A stretch of DNA of 64,000 bases from NCBI GenBank assembly GCA_964651385.1, contig CAZYYM010000006.1, forward strand, positions 1,293 through 65,292, given 5' to 3'. This stretch comes from an uncultured Gammaproteobacteria bacterium. Lineage in GTDB: Bacteria; Pseudomonadota; Gammaproteobacteria; GCA-001735895. Of this stretch, positions 9,945-24,677 are shown in pieces. The stretch's first letter is position 1, and each line of letters starts with the position of its first letter. The notes under the pieces were generated by a model that worked only from the letters and a program-made list of their open reading frames with translations, was not told the DNA's origin and did no database searches. The position numbers and the translations under genes are program-made.

Positions 9945-11124
9945 AGTCTTTCTTCCTTTGTTCCAGCATCGCTACCGCCGGCAATTGTTTACCTTCCAGA
10001 AACTCAAGAAAAGCGCCGCCGCCGGTCGATATGTAGGAAACCTGATCGGCGACCCCGTATTTGTCAACGGCCGCCAGCGTATCACCACCACCTGCAATGG
10101 AAAAAGCCGCCGAACCGGCAATCGCCGTCGCCAAGGTTCTGGTACCTTCTCCAAATTGATCAAACTCGAACACGCCAACCGGGCCATTCCACACTACAGT
10201 GGCGGATTGCTGCATAATTTCGGCAAACCGCGCAGCCGTCTGTGGGCCGATATCAAATATCATATCGTCATCGGTAACTTCTTCAACCAGCTTGATGACC
10301 GCTTCCGCCTGTTCGGAAAATGCTTTACCACAAACCACATCGGTCGGTACCGGAATCTCTCTGCCTTTGGTCCGTGCCTGCTTGATTAGCCGCCTGGCTT
10401 CGGGAATTAAATCCACTTCAACCAAAGATTTACCAACATTATAGCCTGCCGCGGCAATAAAGGTATTGGCAATACCACCTCCCGGAATAAGCTGATCGAC
10501 AAGCTTCGACAATGAATCGAGCACGGTGAGCTTGGTCGAAACCTTGGAACCGCCGACAATAGCCACCATCGGACGTTTCGGATTATCCAGCGCCTTCGAC
10601 AATGCCTCGAGCTCTGCTGCCAATAGCGGTCCTGCGCAGGCTATCGGTGCGTAGCTGCCCGCACCATGCGTTGAAGCCTGGGCACGATGCGCAGTACCAA
10701 AAGCATCCATCACGTAAACATCGCAAAGGCTTGCGTATTGACGCGATAAGGTTTCATCATTGGTCTTTTCACCCGCATTAAAGCGGACATTTTCCAGCAA
10801 AACAACATCGCCGTCAGCCATTTCGGGTGATGCCTGCAAATAATTGTCAACTAACGGAATTTGCCGCGACAACGCCTCACCGAGATAGTCAGCGACCGGT
10901 TTGAGCGAATACTGTGCTTCCGGTTTGCCTTCTGTCGGGCGGCCAAGATGAGACATAACCATCAGTTGCGCCCCCGCATCCATGCAAAACCGAATCGCGG
11001 GCAACGATGCCCTGATACGTTGATCGCTGGTGACAACACCGTCCTTCACCGGTACGTTTAAATCCTGGCGTATGAGCACACGCTTGCCACGCAAATCAAG
11101 ATCGGTCATTTTGATTACAGTCAT
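9925..11124 (-). CDS. pgk: Phosphoglycerate kinase
   Basis: [29 protein letters not shown] is nearly identical to the E. coli Pgk N-terminus. The maximal ORF starts at 11151. The 3' end overlaps the pyk start by 20 nt. Confidence 0.95.
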   Translation of the reverse strand: MTVIKMTDLDLRGKRVLIRQDLNVPVKDGVVTSDQRIRASLPAIRFCMDAGAQLMVMSHLGRPTEGKPEAQYSLKPVADYLGEALSRQIPLVDNYLQASPEMADGDVVLLENVRFNAGEKTNDETLSRQYASLCDVYVMDAFGTAHRAQASTHGAGSYAPIACAGPLLAAELEALSKALDNPKRPMVAIVGGSKVSTKLTVLDSLSKLVDQLIPGGGIANTFIAAAGYNVGKSLVEVDLIPEARRLIKQARTKGREIPVPTDVVCGKAFSEQAEAVIKLVEEVTDDDMIFDIGPQTAARFAEIMQQSATVVWNGPVGVFEFDQFGEGTRTLATAIAGSAAFSIAGGGDTLAAVDKYGVADQVSYISTGGGAFLEFLEGKQLPAVAMLEQRKKDYDKSIA

Positions 11125-11270
11125 TGAACGCTCCTCAATACGTACTATCAATTAAAATACTGGCCAGATTAGCCCGAAGAGAATCAATTGGCCTGCCAAT
11201 GCAGCGATGATTAAAAAAAGTCACAATCAAAGCTGCCACGCTTTGTTTGACAGAATAATTTCCAGCTGAT

Positions 11271-14319
<3,049 letters not shown>

Positions 14320-14470
14320 AAGTTGCTCCCGGGGAAACCTGGTTTATTCCCGATAATGTACAACTACCGAGTAATGAAGGCGGGGTATTCTCTCGTAAAT
14401 GCCGAAACACAGCAACTCAAAAATATTTTTGTGATCATTGACAAATCCTTTCGACGACCCGGCTAATAAT

Positions 14471-14499
14471 TTGATCTGACAGATATCTTTAACTAAACT
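14471..14499 (+). promoter_or_regulatory. Candidate sigma70 promoter for the riboswitch-metK-ahcY unit
   Basis: TTGATC (14471..14476), a 17-nt spacer, then TAAACT (14494..14499), about 40 nt upstream of the riboswitch-like element. A second TTGACA at 14438 has a poorer -10. Confidence 0.3.
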
Positions 14500-14540
14500 A
14501 TACTGTTAGCACATTAGCCCGTATAACTGGGCACTGTTTT

Positions 14541-14605
14541 GTGAGGGGCGCTGCGACAGATTCCCTGCCAGGCTCACAAAGCAGTCATGATAAACGGCGC
14601 TCATA
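14541..14605 (+). promoter_or_regulatory. SAH (S-adenosylhomocysteine) riboswitch-like element in the metK leader
   Basis: GUGAGGGGCGCUGCGAC...CAGGCUCAC...AACGGCGCUCA matches the SAH-element core I recall (GAGGxGCGCUGCGAC / CAGGCUC / AACGGCGCUCA). P1 can form as GUGAG (14541..14545) with CUCAC (14573..14577). The two GGCGCU tracts can form the pseudoknot. Confidence 0.7.
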
Positions 14606-14629
14606 AATAGATAGTAAACAGGTTTATTT

Positions 14630-15817
14630 ATGAACAGCACTACCCGAAATTCAGCAAATTCTTTTATATTTACGTCTGAATCAGTCTCTGAAGGGCATCC
14701 AGATAAGGTTGCGGATCAAATTTCAGATGCGGTGCTCGATGCGCTTTTAACACAGGATATACATTCGCGGGTGGCTTGCGAGACACTGGTCAAGACCGGT
14801 ATGGTTATGCTCGCGGGTGAAATCACTACCGATGCCTGGGTCGATACCGAAGCACTGGTTCGCGAAACCGTCTGTGGCATTGGTTATGACAATCCGGAAT
14901 GTGGTTTCGATGGCAATACCTGCGCCGTGCTGACAGGGCTTGGCAAACAATCGAGCGATATCGCGATGGGTGTGGATGAGTCGGAGGACCATGAGCAGGG
15001 CGCCGGTGACCAGGGTTTGATGTTCGGCTATGCCAGCAATGATACCGACGTTCTTATGCCCGCACCGATCACTTATGCTCATCGCCTGGTGCAACGCCAG
15101 GCCGAGGTCCGCAAATCGGGAGAATTGCCCTGGTTACAACCCGATGCCAAGAGTCAAATTACATTCCGCTACGAAAATTACGAGCCGGTGGGTATCGAAG
15201 CTGTGGTACTTTCCACGCAACACAATGAAGACATCGACCTGGCAACGCTACGTGAAGCCGTCATTGAAACCATCCTCAAACCGATATTGCCGTCGGCGTG
15301 GCTCGATCAATGCCGGAATGAACACATTCACGTCAACCCTACCGGGCGTTTTGTCATTGGTGGCCCTGTCGGTGACGCCGGTCTGACAGGTCGAAAAATT
15401 ATTGTTGATACTTACGGCGGCATGGCGCGACACGGAGGTGGCGCCTTTTCCGGTAAAGACCCCTCCAAAGTGGACCGTTCAGCAGCCTACGCTGCGCGTT
15501 ATGTCGCCAAGAACATCGTTGCCGCCGGAATTGCCGACCGCTGTGAACTCCAGGTTTCATACGCAATTGGTGTCGCCGAGCCGACGTCGATCAGCGTAGA
15601 TACTTTTGGTACAGCGAAAATCGACGACAGCAAAATCATCAACCTGGTTCGACAGCATTTCGATCTGCGACCCAAAGGATTGATCGCGATGCTCGATTTA
15701 TTAAAACCAATCTATCAACAGACGGCAGCTTACGGCCATTTCGGTCGTGATGACATCGCTTTGAGCTGGGAAATAACCGATAAAGCCGAGGCATTGAAAG
15801 CTGACGCAGGCCTGTAA
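14630..15817 (+). CDS. metK: S-adenosylmethionine synthetase
   Basis: [37 protein letters not shown] and [19 protein letters not shown]. Confidence 0.97.
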   Translation: MNSTTRNSANSFIFTSESVSEGHPDKVADQISDAVLDALLTQDIHSRVACETLVKTGMVMLAGEITTDAWVDTEALVRETVCGIGYDNPECGFDGNTCAVLTGLGKQSSDIAMGVDESEDHEQGAGDQGLMFGYASNDTDVLMPAPITYAHRLVQRQAEVRKSGELPWLQPDAKSQITFRYENYEPVGIEAVVLSTQHNEDIDLATLREAVIETILKPILPSAWLDQCRNEHIHVNPTGRFVIGGPVGDAGLTGRKIIVDTYGGMARHGGGAFSGKDPSKVDRSAAYAARYVAKNIVAAGIADRCELQVSYAIGVAEPTSISVDTFGTAKIDDSKIINLVRQHFDLRPKGLIAMLDLLKPIYQQTAAYGHFGRDDIALSWEITDKAEALKADAGL

Positions 15818-15858
15818 TATACCCACTCCCCCGCTACATCATTAACTTAGGTTTATCT

Positions 15859-17277
15859 ATGAACGCAACCGCAAAAGACGCACTAAATCAAGACTACCTT
15901 ATCGCCGATATCTCGTTGGCGGCCTGGGGTCGTAAGGAAATCAATATCGCCGAAACCGAAATGCCAGGACTTGTTTCGCTACGCAGCAAATACGCTAAAG
16001 ATGCGCCATTAAAAGGTGCACGTATCGCTGGTTCACTACACATGACTATTCAAACGGCCGTATTAATCGAGACACTGCTTGCGTTAGGCGCCGAAGTCCG
16101 CTGGGCCTCCTGTAATATATTCTCGACACAGGATCACGCCGCAGCGGCCATCGCTGAGTCCGGCGTGCCAGTTTTTGCTTTCAAGGGGGAATCTCTGGAA
16201 GATTATTGGCGTTATACCCACCGCATCATGGAATGGCACGATGGCGGTACCCCAAATATGATCCTCGACGATGGCGGTGACGCGACCATGCTGGTCAACC
16301 TCGGTAGTAAAGCCGAGCAGGATATTTCAGTCCTCGATAGTCCGGGCAGTGAAGAAGAAATTATCATGTTTGCGGCCATTCGAGCCAAACTCGCCGAGTC
16401 GCCCAACTGGTATTCTTCAATCCAGAATAACATCCGCGGAGTTACCGAGGAAACCACCACCGGTGTTCATCGTTTGTACCAGATGCAGGCTCGTGGAGAA
16501 CTGCCCTTCCCGGCCTTCAACGTTAACGATTCGGTCACCAAGTCAAAATTTGACAATCTCTATGGTTGTCGCGAATCACTGGTCGACGGCATCAAACGGG
16601 CAACGGATGTCATGATTGCCGGTAAGGTTGCACTGGTGCTGGGCTATGGCGATGTCGGAAAAGGCTGTGCGCAATCACTAAAAGGTCTTGGCGCGACAGT
16701 CCTGGTAACCGAAATCGATCCAATTTGCGCATTACAGGCAGCCATGGAAGGGTTTCGTATTGTTACAATGGAAGAAGCCTGCTCGAATGCCGATATTTTC
16801 GTCACCACTACCGGCAATTTCAACGTCATCCGCCACGAGCATATGCTGGAAATGAAGGATCAGGCGATTGTCTGTAACATCGGGCACTTTGACAACGAAA
16901 TTCAGGTCGCCGAACTCAGGCAATACACCTGGGAAAATATTAAACCACAGGTCGACCACATCATCTTCCCGGACGGCAAACGTATTATTTTGCTCGCCGA
17001 AGGCCGGTTGGTAAATCTCGGTTGTGCGACGGGTCATCCAAGTTTTGTGATGTCGAATTCATTTACCAACCAGACACTGGCGCAGATCGAGATCTTCTGT
17101 AATCCCGGCAAGTACAGCAATGAAGTCTATACCCTGCCAAAGCATCTGGATGAAGAAGTAGCGCGCCTGCACCTGGAAAAAATTGGCGTTAATCTAACAC
17201 GCCTGACCGCAGAACAAGCCGATTATATCGGGGTTAGCCAGGATGGTCCTTACAAGCCTGAGCACTATCGCTACTAG
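15859..17277 (+). CDS. ahcY: Adenosylhomocysteinase
   Basis: [23 protein letters not shown] motif and the C-terminal YRY; 472 aa. It starts 41 nt after metK. Confidence 0.97.
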   Translation: MNATAKDALNQDYLIADISLAAWGRKEINIAETEMPGLVSLRSKYAKDAPLKGARIAGSLHMTIQTAVLIETLLALGAEVRWASCNIFSTQDHAAAAIAESGVPVFAFKGESLEDYWRYTHRIMEWHDGGTPNMILDDGGDATMLVNLGSKAEQDISVLDSPGSEEEIIMFAAIRAKLAESPNWYSSIQNNIRGVTEETTTGVHRLYQMQARGELPFPAFNVNDSVTKSKFDNLYGCRESLVDGIKRATDVMIAGKVALVLGYGDVGKGCAQSLKGLGATVLVTEIDPICALQAAMEGFRIVTMEEACSNADIFVTTTGNFNVIRHEHMLEMKDQAIVCNIGHFDNEIQVAELRQYTWENIKPQVDHIIFPDGKRIILLAEGRLVNLGCATGHPSFVMSNSFTNQTLAQIEIFCNPGKYSNEVYTLPKHLDEEVARLHLEKIGVNLTRLTAEQADYIGVSQDGPYKPEHYRY

Positions 17278-17307
17278 CAGAACCTGAAACAACAGTAGTG
17301 ATCGGCC

Positions 17308-18051
17308 ATGGGTTTATCTCGCATATACCTGGAACAATCTCTCACTGTTGATTCGAATGTCACGCTGGACGCGGCTGCCAATCATTATGTGCGTCATGTG
17401 CTAAGATTGAAATCTGGGTCAAGCTGTTTATTGTTTAACGCGGATGAATCCTGTGACTATCTATCCCGGCTGACATTCGAAGGCAAACAAACGCTTGCCC
17501 ATATTGAATCCTGTCTCAAATCAACTTGTGAGTCCAATCTAGACAGCGAAATCATACTGGGTTTGGGCCGTAGCGATCACATCGATTTAAGCATCCAGAA
17601 ATGTACCGAACTCGGCGTTATACGTATCGGCATATTTAATGCTCAACATAGCCAGATACCGCTCAAAAGTACCCATCAGGATAAACGCTTGCATCACTGG
17701 AGGGCAGTCGCGATAAAAGCCTGCGAACAATGCGGGCGCCACCGACCCCCTGAAATCGAATTTTTTAACCGGTTCGAAACGGCACTCCACTATTCGGTCG
17801 GTCGTATCAATAAACTGTTACTCAATTTTGATGGCCGGCCATTAACAGAATTATTGCAAGCGTCAGAAAATCAAAATCAGGTTTCATTGTTAATAGGGCC
17901 GGAAGGTGGGCTTTCTACAAAAGAAATTGATCTGGCGAAACAGTTTGAATTTATTCCCGTACGGATGGGGCCACGCGTCATGCGCACCGAAACGGCTGCG
18001 ATGACTTCACTCGCTATAGCCCAATCGATCTGTGGTGATCTTAACGACTAG
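17308..18051 (+). CDS. rsmE: 16S rRNA (uracil1498-N3)-methyltransferase
   Basis: RsmE family features: LIGPEGGLSTKEI and the C-terminal LGPRVMRTETA. Confidence 0.8.
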   Translation: MGLSRIYLEQSLTVDSNVTLDAAANHYVRHVLRLKSGSSCLLFNADESCDYLSRLTFEGKQTLAHIESCLKSTCESNLDSEIILGLGRSDHIDLSIQKCTELGVIRIGIFNAQHSQIPLKSTHQDKRLHHWRAVAIKACEQCGRHRPPEIEFFNRFETALHYSVGRINKLLLNFDGRPLTELLQASENQNQVSLLIGPEGGLSTKEIDLAKQFEFIPVRMGPRVMRTETAAMTSLAIAQSICGDLND

Positions 18052-18529
18052 TGTTGAGACTACCGACCTTATCCAGACTAAACTGAGGTTTCAAATCTGC
18101 AGCGATAGCATCAAGATTGGGGATAACCCGGGAAAATTGATCATCATCAAGTCGGGACAGTAGATAGGGACTTAAATTGTTGTCACTACCTGATTCCATT
18201 TTGTCCGATTCGGCCAGATAGGCACGCGGAATGTCCTGCATATGTAAACCGATATAAGGTAGATGATCGTCCTTTTCGGGATTATAAATGATACCAATGC
18301 GCGATCTGGGACCAACGTGCAGCGTATCGACACCACACAATTGCTCTACAGATATTACCGGCACGTAGATACCGCGCCATGAAACGACACCGAGAAACCA
18401 TTCACTCGCCTCATCGAGCCTCCTTGGCTCCGAATAACCGATAATTTCCGCTACACCTGAATTCGGCATAACCAGATTGATCGATGACATTGGCAAAAGC
18501 ATACAGCGTACCGCCTCACTATCATTCAT
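18041..18529 (-). CDS. CheW-like coupling protein (ChpC-like)
   Basis: A single CheW-like domain (VSWRGIYVPVISVEQLCG), 3 nt downstream of chpA. Its position matches chpC of the Pseudomonas cluster, but orthology is not proven. Confidence 0.65.
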   Translation of the reverse strand: MNDSEAVRCMLLPMSSINLVMPNSGVAEIIGYSEPRRLDEASEWFLGVVSWRGIYVPVISVEQLCGVDTLHVGPRSRIGIIYNPEKDDHLPYIGLHMQDIPRAYLAESDKMESGSDNNLSPYLLSRLDDDQFSRVIPNLDAIAADLKPQFSLDKVGSLNTSR

Positions 18530-18532
18530 TTG

Positions 18533-21500
18533 CTACGCCCCCAACGCTGACTGAATATTTCTAATTAACTCGTCTTCCTGATAAGGCTTACCCATATATT
18601 TAGTGACACCGATTTCCAGCGCACGATCTCGATGTTTTTCGCCGGTTCTGGAAGTAATCATAATAATCGGAATTTTCGAATACTGATCCTCATTTTGCAT
18701 ATGCGATGCTAGCTCGAAACCGTCCATTCGGGGCATTTCTATGTCGAGCAGCACGACATCGGGCTGCACTTGTTCGAGTTGGGCCAGAGCATCCACACCA
18801 TCCTTAGCCGTTACCACGCGATAGTTATGCCTTTCTAACAGTTTGCTGGCTACGCGCCGCATGGTGATAGAATCATCGACTACCATGACCGTGCTTAGAG
18901 GCAGTTGCAGGGTTTGTGTCGCATTTTCATCCGTCACCTGTTCCACACGATAAACCACTTTGACGGTACCCGCAGCTCCGTGGCGAACCAGCCCGTTGAC
19001 ATCGAGAATGAGAACTACACTACCATCCGCAAGAATGCTGGCACCAGCCAGACCCTTAACCTGGCTAAGCTGCTTACCCAGTGATTTAACAACAATTTCA
19101 CGGTTTCCAAGCAGCTCATCGACATGCAGTGCAACGCGCACATCACCGGAGCGAATCAGAATGACCGGTTGTTTGAATTGCTCATCCGGGGCGTTGAACT
19201 GCGAACTAGCGCCAACCAGCTGTGGTAAATAATGCAAGGAGAATTTCTGTCCTGCAAATTCCAGCCCTGGATTATCCGATTGATAATGCTCAACCAGTTT
19301 ATAGGTCTCCAGGCGAGTAATTCCTTCGATATTAATCAATGGTATCGCATAGGTTTCGTCACCGGTTTTAACCAAAATCGCCTGATTAATAGACAACGTG
19401 AAAGGTAACCGCGCGATAAACATAGTACCTTCCCTATCCGTTTCAATTTGAAGGGTACCGCCAAGTTGTTTGATTTCGATATCAACCACGTCCATGCCCA
19501 CACCGCGTCCGGACATTTGAGTGACATGATCGGCTGTACTAAATCCGGGCTCCAGAATATATTGCACGAGATCAGCATCGTCGATGGTTTGATCCTGTTC
19601 GATCAATCCCAGTTGCATGGCACGACTACGCACCTTATCAAGGTTAACGCCACCACCATCGTCACTGACCTTTATGACAATATCGGAACCATCACGGCTG
19701 ACATCAATACTAATCTCACCGACTTCAGGTTTGCCTTTATTAACGCGTTCAACCGGGGCTTCTATACCATGCGACAGGGCATTTCGAATAATATGCTCAA
19801 GTGGCGCAATCATTCGATCCAGTACTTTGTTATCGACTTCGTTGTCTTCACCGACAACCATCAATTCGGCCTTCTTGGCAAGTTCCTGACCACCCTGGCG
19901 TACTAAACGGCGCAACCGGGGTAACAATCCGGAAAACTTGACCATACGGCTTTTGATGAGCCCATCTTGCAAATCTGTACTGACACGCGACTGCTGTAAT
20001 AACAGGGTTTCTGAGTCTCTTACCTGTTCACCCAACATACCCTGCAAACTGGAAAGATCATTAACACTTTCACTAAGCGAGCGCGACAGTTCCTGAATCA
20101 TGGTATATCGATCCATTTCGAGTGGATCGAAATCATCGTCATGCTTGGCATGAGTCTGGTGACTATAATGGATTTGGGCGTCAGTTTCGGCTTCGAGGCT
20201 GCGCAACTGATTTTTCAGGCGCATAATAGTTTGTCCAAGTTCGCCCAGATGGGAACCCAGGCCAGCTACCTGTTGTTCCATACGTGCTCGATAAATACTG
20301 ACTTCACCAGCCGAATTAACCAGATTATCGAGTAAGTCCGAACGCACTCGAATGATATCCTGAGTTTGCCGCTCGGAGGGCTGCTGGCCGAAATTTTTGC
20401 CGGAATTTTCGAAATTAAAATCGATTTCGTCAATTTCAGGCCGGTTATCAGCTTCGACAATTTCTCCGACTAATCCAGAATTGCCATTTCGACGCATATT
20501 TTTTAATTCTGTTACTTTTATACTGGAATCAGCAATCGGTTTATCTTCCTGTACCTCGTTTACCTGCCTGTGTAATAAATCAAAACTATCTTTCAAAAGA
20601 TCGACCAGATCTTCATTTTTTTCGACGCGGTTATCGATAACAGCAATAAACATGGACTCAAGTTCGTGGCTAAGATCACAAATTGGCTCCAGTTCAGCCA
20701 TTTTGGCACCACCCTTAAGTGTGTGTAGGTATCGCTGCAGTTCCATTACTTCGGTGAGATCGAGATTACCATTCTCATCCGGTTCCTCGTCAACCCACCG
20801 GTGCAAAGTATGATCGCTCATTTCCAACAACTCGTTAGCCTCATCGATGAATATCGAGAGTAGTTCGTTGTCAGGTTCCTGGGGCGATTCACTCATCATC
20901 GTCAGAGTATCGATAAAATCGGAACTCGCCTGATCCTGATCATCGGGTAATTCGACGGTATGTTCTTCCAGGTCCTCGGCCAACTCCAAAAGTCTATTCT
21001 GCAAATCTTCCGGGATAGGCGGAAGGCGCCTGGTTTCCACCAGTTCCGAGGTTAAATCTCTCAGCGCCTGATAACCCTCGCGATACAAGTTTATAATGTC
21101 CTGATCAAACGCCAGGGATTGCGTCACAGCAGCCTTAAGGGGTTTTTCCAGTAGAGACGCGAGTTCACCGATGCTACTGATATCGGCCGTACGTGATGCA
21201 CCATGGATGGTATGCAGTGCCCGATACATATCTTCCGTCGGTACTAGCTCTGATTTATTTTCTGCGGTCTCAAGGGCGGAATTTACTGTGCTTAGGTGCT
21301 GCTCTACTTCTTGTTGGTAGATGGTTAGAAGTTCGGGATCGATCGACAGGACGGTTTCTTCGAGCCGCTCTTGGCGACTGGCCACCCGATTCCCTACCCC
21401 CTCGCCAGGCATATCGCTTCTTGTCGCCGCTACGAAAGGGTCAGGGCGGGACTCCTCGACGTCAATTGATTCTTCATCTATCTGCTGTTCAAGCCCTTTA

Positions 21501-24500
21501 ATCGCAAGTTCTTCTTCCAGGACTAATTCTGACAAATCTTCAAAGTCTTCTTCAACCAGGTCATCTTCACTGACTTCGTAAGAAATTTCATCTACTGGTG
21601 AATCGTCCAGGGGTGACAAAGATTCAAACTCAGAATCATTGGCAGACATATCAATGCATTCTTCAAGCTCGGGCTTTGCTTCGAGTGTACGAAGCTGTTC
21701 TTCCACGGCCTGGAAGTCCGACTCCGATCTATCCGCTTTGTTTTCAATTCCGGTTTCGAGTGCGTAATCCTGAGCAGCAACCGTATCCGGAATTACCAAC
21801 GTTTCTTCGATCCCGCCTCCTGGCCTGTTATTCAGACCATGCATATCAACCTGATCATATTTAGAAAGATCAATAGCTGCCCTGTCTTCGTCTGAAATCA
21901 CAACAGTTTTCTCCAGGGACTCCCCTGCAGGAAAAATTGTTTCAATTAGCGCATCCGACGCATGGTTGTTTTCGTTCCTATCTACTATATGATCGTAAGG
22001 CGATTCGATAGCTCGCATAACGCCGGTACGTTCAATGCGAACCTGATCCGCATCAAAGGTTGCCAAAGCGCGGGCTAGTCCACGTAAATAGGCAATATCC
22101 GACACCGGTGCCTGCCCATTTTTTAGTTCTTCCACCAGTTCCAGTGAGGCAACAGCAGCATTGCCAACTGCATTGATTATAGCGTCATTGGGGGCAATGG
22201 TTTTATCGATTACGCTATTCAGTAGCTGTTCGTAGTCCCAAGCAAATTCGCCAATCTTTACCGCACCAACCAGTCGGCCACTCCCTTTAATGGTATGGAA
22301 TGCGCGCCGAATATTTTTTAGCGCATTCTGGTCTTCTGGATGCAATAACCAGTCCTGTTGCAAACGCGCAATATTTTCAGATTCCTCTTCAGCTTCTTCA
22401 AGATAGATTTCAAGTATATCGGCATCGCTACCGGGTTTTAAAACTTCGAGCACCTCAACCACCGGTTCGACATCGATACTATCTTCAGTAATCGATGTTA
22501 CCGACTCAATAAGACCATCTTCTTCTAATTCAGCGCTTTGTTCTTGCTTGGCTTCACCTTCGTAGACATCGAGAACGGCATGAATATCTTCCAGCTCACC
22601 ACTAATTTCACTGACTATTTCATCATCTGCAGTTGTGTCTTCAAGCCCGAATTCTGAATCCGGTTCAATTGGATATTCGGCTACAACAATAGGGTCAGCC
22701 GAATCCACGGAGAGAGTCTCGTCAGCATCGGATTGATCGTCAATTTCAGGAGAAAAGCCAGCAACACTTGTAACCTCGTCGGTTAACTCTAATTCCTGCG
22801 ACTCCTCTGCGGTCAATTCGGTATCGAGAAATTCAAGCTCCAATCCTACAGGACCTTCAACCGGTGGCGAGGTTAATTCAGGTGCCGAATCAGAACCCGG
22901 ATCATCTGTATCGGCAATGACTAGTTCACTCCCGTCTTCCACCACCGAGTTTGCACGCTGCTCGGCGCTCTGCAATAGTGCCTGCAACTGCGTATCGGCT
23001 AAATCAAGGATATTATTAGCATCACCACGATGTTCGCCAAGCGCCTCAAGATAATACTCAAGACTGACCACAACCTGCGAAAGCGCATCCAGTCGAGCGG
23101 CATCCATGAATTCGACGACATCGTAATCTTTCAAATACTTCAGCAAACCTTCAACTACCGCGACCGCACGTGCCTGATTGAGTAAAACCAGCGCCCCTTT
23201 AGACTCCTCCATGAGTTCAATACAGAACTCTATATTTTCACCATGGGCTGGATCTTTAACATACTCAAGTATGGCACTTTTAGTCTTCTGAATATTATCG
23301 AGTGCAGCGGTAACTACAGAAGTTAATACATTGTCGAGTTCATAATCCCGCGAAACATCCGATTCGGAGCGATTATCTTCCTCATTACTGGCAACCGGGC
23401 GTTTTTGCATTACATTGAGTGCCTGCTCAACATGAATTAACTCGCTAGCCATCGATAGCAATTCTTCTTCGCTGGACAATTGATTACCGGCAACGATTTC
23501 TTTTATCACGTTGATTTGCTTTTCGATCATCTGACGCTGATGCCCGAGGCCAAGCATGGCTAGCGTGTCGGATATAATATGCAGTTCGTGTGGTACTTCC
23601 TTAAGTTGGTCGGTATCACCAAGATCGCCATTGACATAAACTTCGAGCGTTGATTTAACCGACTCGATATCAACTTTCATTGCCTCGCTAACGGTTTTCA
23701 ACAGCGCCTGATTCGGTCCGGCGATATTATCGAGTACACGACTGCGTACCGCCTCGCTCGGTAGAAACTGTTCCAGACGATAGGCCGTTTTTATTGCCAG
23801 TGCTTTTGGCCCCTCGCATTCAGGCTGAGCGATATAAAACAGGAAGTTTTTAATTAAATCAATTGGCTGTCGTTTAAGCAATCCTTGTTCGCCGATAAGC
23901 AATACTACTCGAAACAGCGCATCTACTTTACCGAGCAGATTTTTAATCGATGCCCCTAATTCCAACTGCTGGCGAGAAACAGATTCTATAAGCGCGCCAA
24001 TTATCCACCATATGCGAGCCACCTGCTCGCTAAAAGACTTTTCTTCAAATGTTTCACAGACTTTTTCGAGGCGTTTAAGGTTTTCTTCAACGGCTTCCTC
24101 CTTGATTATTTTCAATAAGGCAAACTGGTAGATTGGTCGTAGTTTTTTGGCATATAACTTTGAAACCTGGTTATCTTTGGGATCGATAGCATCCGCATCA
24201 GCACTACCCTGATGCACGGATAAATCCGGCAAAAAAAGCAGCTTTTCGGAAAACATATCCTGATTTTTGACAGCACGAATATCATTGAGCAACGGTAATA
24301 TCGCGATCGGTATATCCCTATGACCGGACTGAATATGCTCGAGATAATCGGGTAACTGCAACACCGCTCGCAGCATGACTTCCAGTGCTTGATCATCCTG
24401 CACCTGTTTATTTTCGATGAGGTGATCGCAGAGTGTGCCCATTTCCTCTGTCAACATAGCTGCGCCATATTGCTCGATCATCATCAACACGCCCTGGACT

Positions 24501-24655
24501 ACACCCAGTCGTTCCTTGATCAATTCCAGCAGATTCTCATTCTCTGCTTCAATATACTGCTTGAGGTTTATGTTTATCTCGGCAAGATTATCGTCAATGG
24601 ATTTTTTAACCCACCCGAGTGCACTATGCTTAATCGATGTCTGCCGACGGCTCAT
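18533..24655 (-). CDS. chpA: ChpA-type hybrid histidine kinase (multi-Hpt CheA homolog with CheW and receiver domains)
   Basis: 2040 aa. Three canonical Hpt motifs: FHTIKGSG (His codon 22295..22297), LHTIHGAS (21212..21214) and LHTLKGGA (20723..20725). Also has HATPase boxes HIIRNALSHGIE, DDGGGV and GRGVGMDVV, a CheW-like domain, and a C-terminal receiver (VMVVDDS...LLDIEMPRMDG). Confidence 0.9.
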   Translation of the reverse strand: MSRRQTSIKHSALGWVKKSIDDNLAEININLKQYIEAENENLLELIKERLGVVQGVLMMIEQYGAAMLTEEMGTLCDHLIENKQVQDDQALEVMLRAVLQLPDYLEHIQSGHRDIPIAILPLLNDIRAVKNQDMFSEKLLFLPDLSVHQGSADADAIDPKDNQVSKLYAKKLRPIYQFALLKIIKEEAVEENLKRLEKVCETFEEKSFSEQVARIWWIIGALIESVSRQQLELGASIKNLLGKVDALFRVVLLIGEQGLLKRQPIDLIKNFLFYIAQPECEGPKALAIKTAYRLEQFLPSEAVRSRVLDNIAGPNQALLKTVSEAMKVDIESVKSTLEVYVNGDLGDTDQLKEVPHELHIISDTLAMLGLGHQRQMIEKQINVIKEIVAGNQLSSEEELLSMASELIHVEQALNVMQKRPVASNEEDNRSESDVSRDYELDNVLTSVVTAALDNIQKTKSAILEYVKDPAHGENIEFCIELMEESKGALVLLNQARAVAVVEGLLKYLKDYDVVEFMDAARLDALSQVVVSLEYYLEALGEHRGDANNILDLADTQLQALLQSAEQRANSVVEDGSELVIADTDDPGSDSAPELTSPPVEGPVGLELEFLDTELTAEESQELELTDEVTSVAGFSPEIDDQSDADETLSVDSADPIVVAEYPIEPDSEFGLEDTTADDEIVSEISGELEDIHAVLDVYEGEAKQEQSAELEEDGLIESVTSITEDSIDVEPVVEVLEVLKPGSDADILEIYLEEAEEESENIARLQQDWLLHPEDQNALKNIRRAFHTIKGSGRLVGAVKIGEFAWDYEQLLNSVIDKTIAPNDAIINAVGNAAVASLELVEELKNGQAPVSDIAYLRGLARALATFDADQVRIERTGVMRAIESPYDHIVDRNENNHASDALIETIFPAGESLEKTVVISDEDRAAIDLSKYDQVDMHGLNNRPGGGIEETLVIPDTVAAQDYALETGIENKADRSESDFQAVEEQLRTLEAKPELEECIDMSANDSEFESLSPLDDSPVDEISYEVSEDDLVEEDFEDLSELVLEEELAIKGLEQQIDEESIDVEESRPDPFVAATRSDMPGEGVGNRVASRQERLEETVLSIDPELLTIYQQEVEQHLSTVNSALETAENKSELVPTEDMYRALHTIHGASRTADISSIGELASLLEKPLKAAVTQSLAFDQDIINLYREGYQALRDLTSELVETRRLPPIPEDLQNRLLELAEDLEEHTVELPDDQDQASSDFIDTLTMMSESPQEPDNELLSIFIDEANELLEMSDHTLHRWVDEEPDENGNLDLTEVMELQRYLHTLKGGAKMAELEPICDLSHELESMFIAVIDNRVEKNEDLVDLLKDSFDLLHRQVNEVQEDKPIADSSIKVTELKNMRRNGNSGLVGEIVEADNRPEIDEIDFNFENSGKNFGQQPSERQTQDIIRVRSDLLDNLVNSAGEVSIYRARMEQQVAGLGSHLGELGQTIMRLKNQLRSLEAETDAQIHYSHQTHAKHDDDFDPLEMDRYTMIQELSRSLSESVNDLSSLQGMLGEQVRDSETLLLQQSRVSTDLQDGLIKSRMVKFSGLLPRLRRLVRQGGQELAKKAELMVVGEDNEVDNKVLDRMIAPLEHIIRNALSHGIEAPVERVNKGKPEVGEISIDVSRDGSDIVIKVSDDGGGVNLDKVRSRAMQLGLIEQDQTIDDADLVQYILEPGFSTADHVTQMSGRGVGMDVVDIEIKQLGGTLQIETDREGTMFIARLPFTLSINQAILVKTGDETYAIPLINIEGITRLETYKLVEHYQSDNPGLEFAGQKFSLHYLPQLVGASSQFNAPDEQFKQPVILIRSGDVRVALHVDELLGNREIVVKSLGKQLSQVKGLAGASILADGSVVLILDVNGLVRHGAAGTVKVVYRVEQVTDENATQTLQLPLSTVMVVDDSITMRRVASKLLERHNYRVVTAKDGVDALAQLEQVQPDVVLLDIEMPRMDGFELASHMQNEDQYSKIPIIMITSRTGEKHRDRALEIGVTKYMGKPYQEDELIRNIQSALGA

Positions 24656-24677
24656 TTCGTGTTACACCTGCTCCGAC

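Noticed and set aside
14411-14629. SAM-type riboswitch (SAM-II or SAM-V) expected upstream of a proteobacterial metK
   Set aside because: The conserved core read here matches the SAH element rather than any SAM-binding motif I can recall, so I called it an SAH riboswitch.
15818-15858. A separate SAH riboswitch directly upstream of ahcY
   Set aside because: The spacer is only 41 nt, too short for the element, and it has none of the conserved core.
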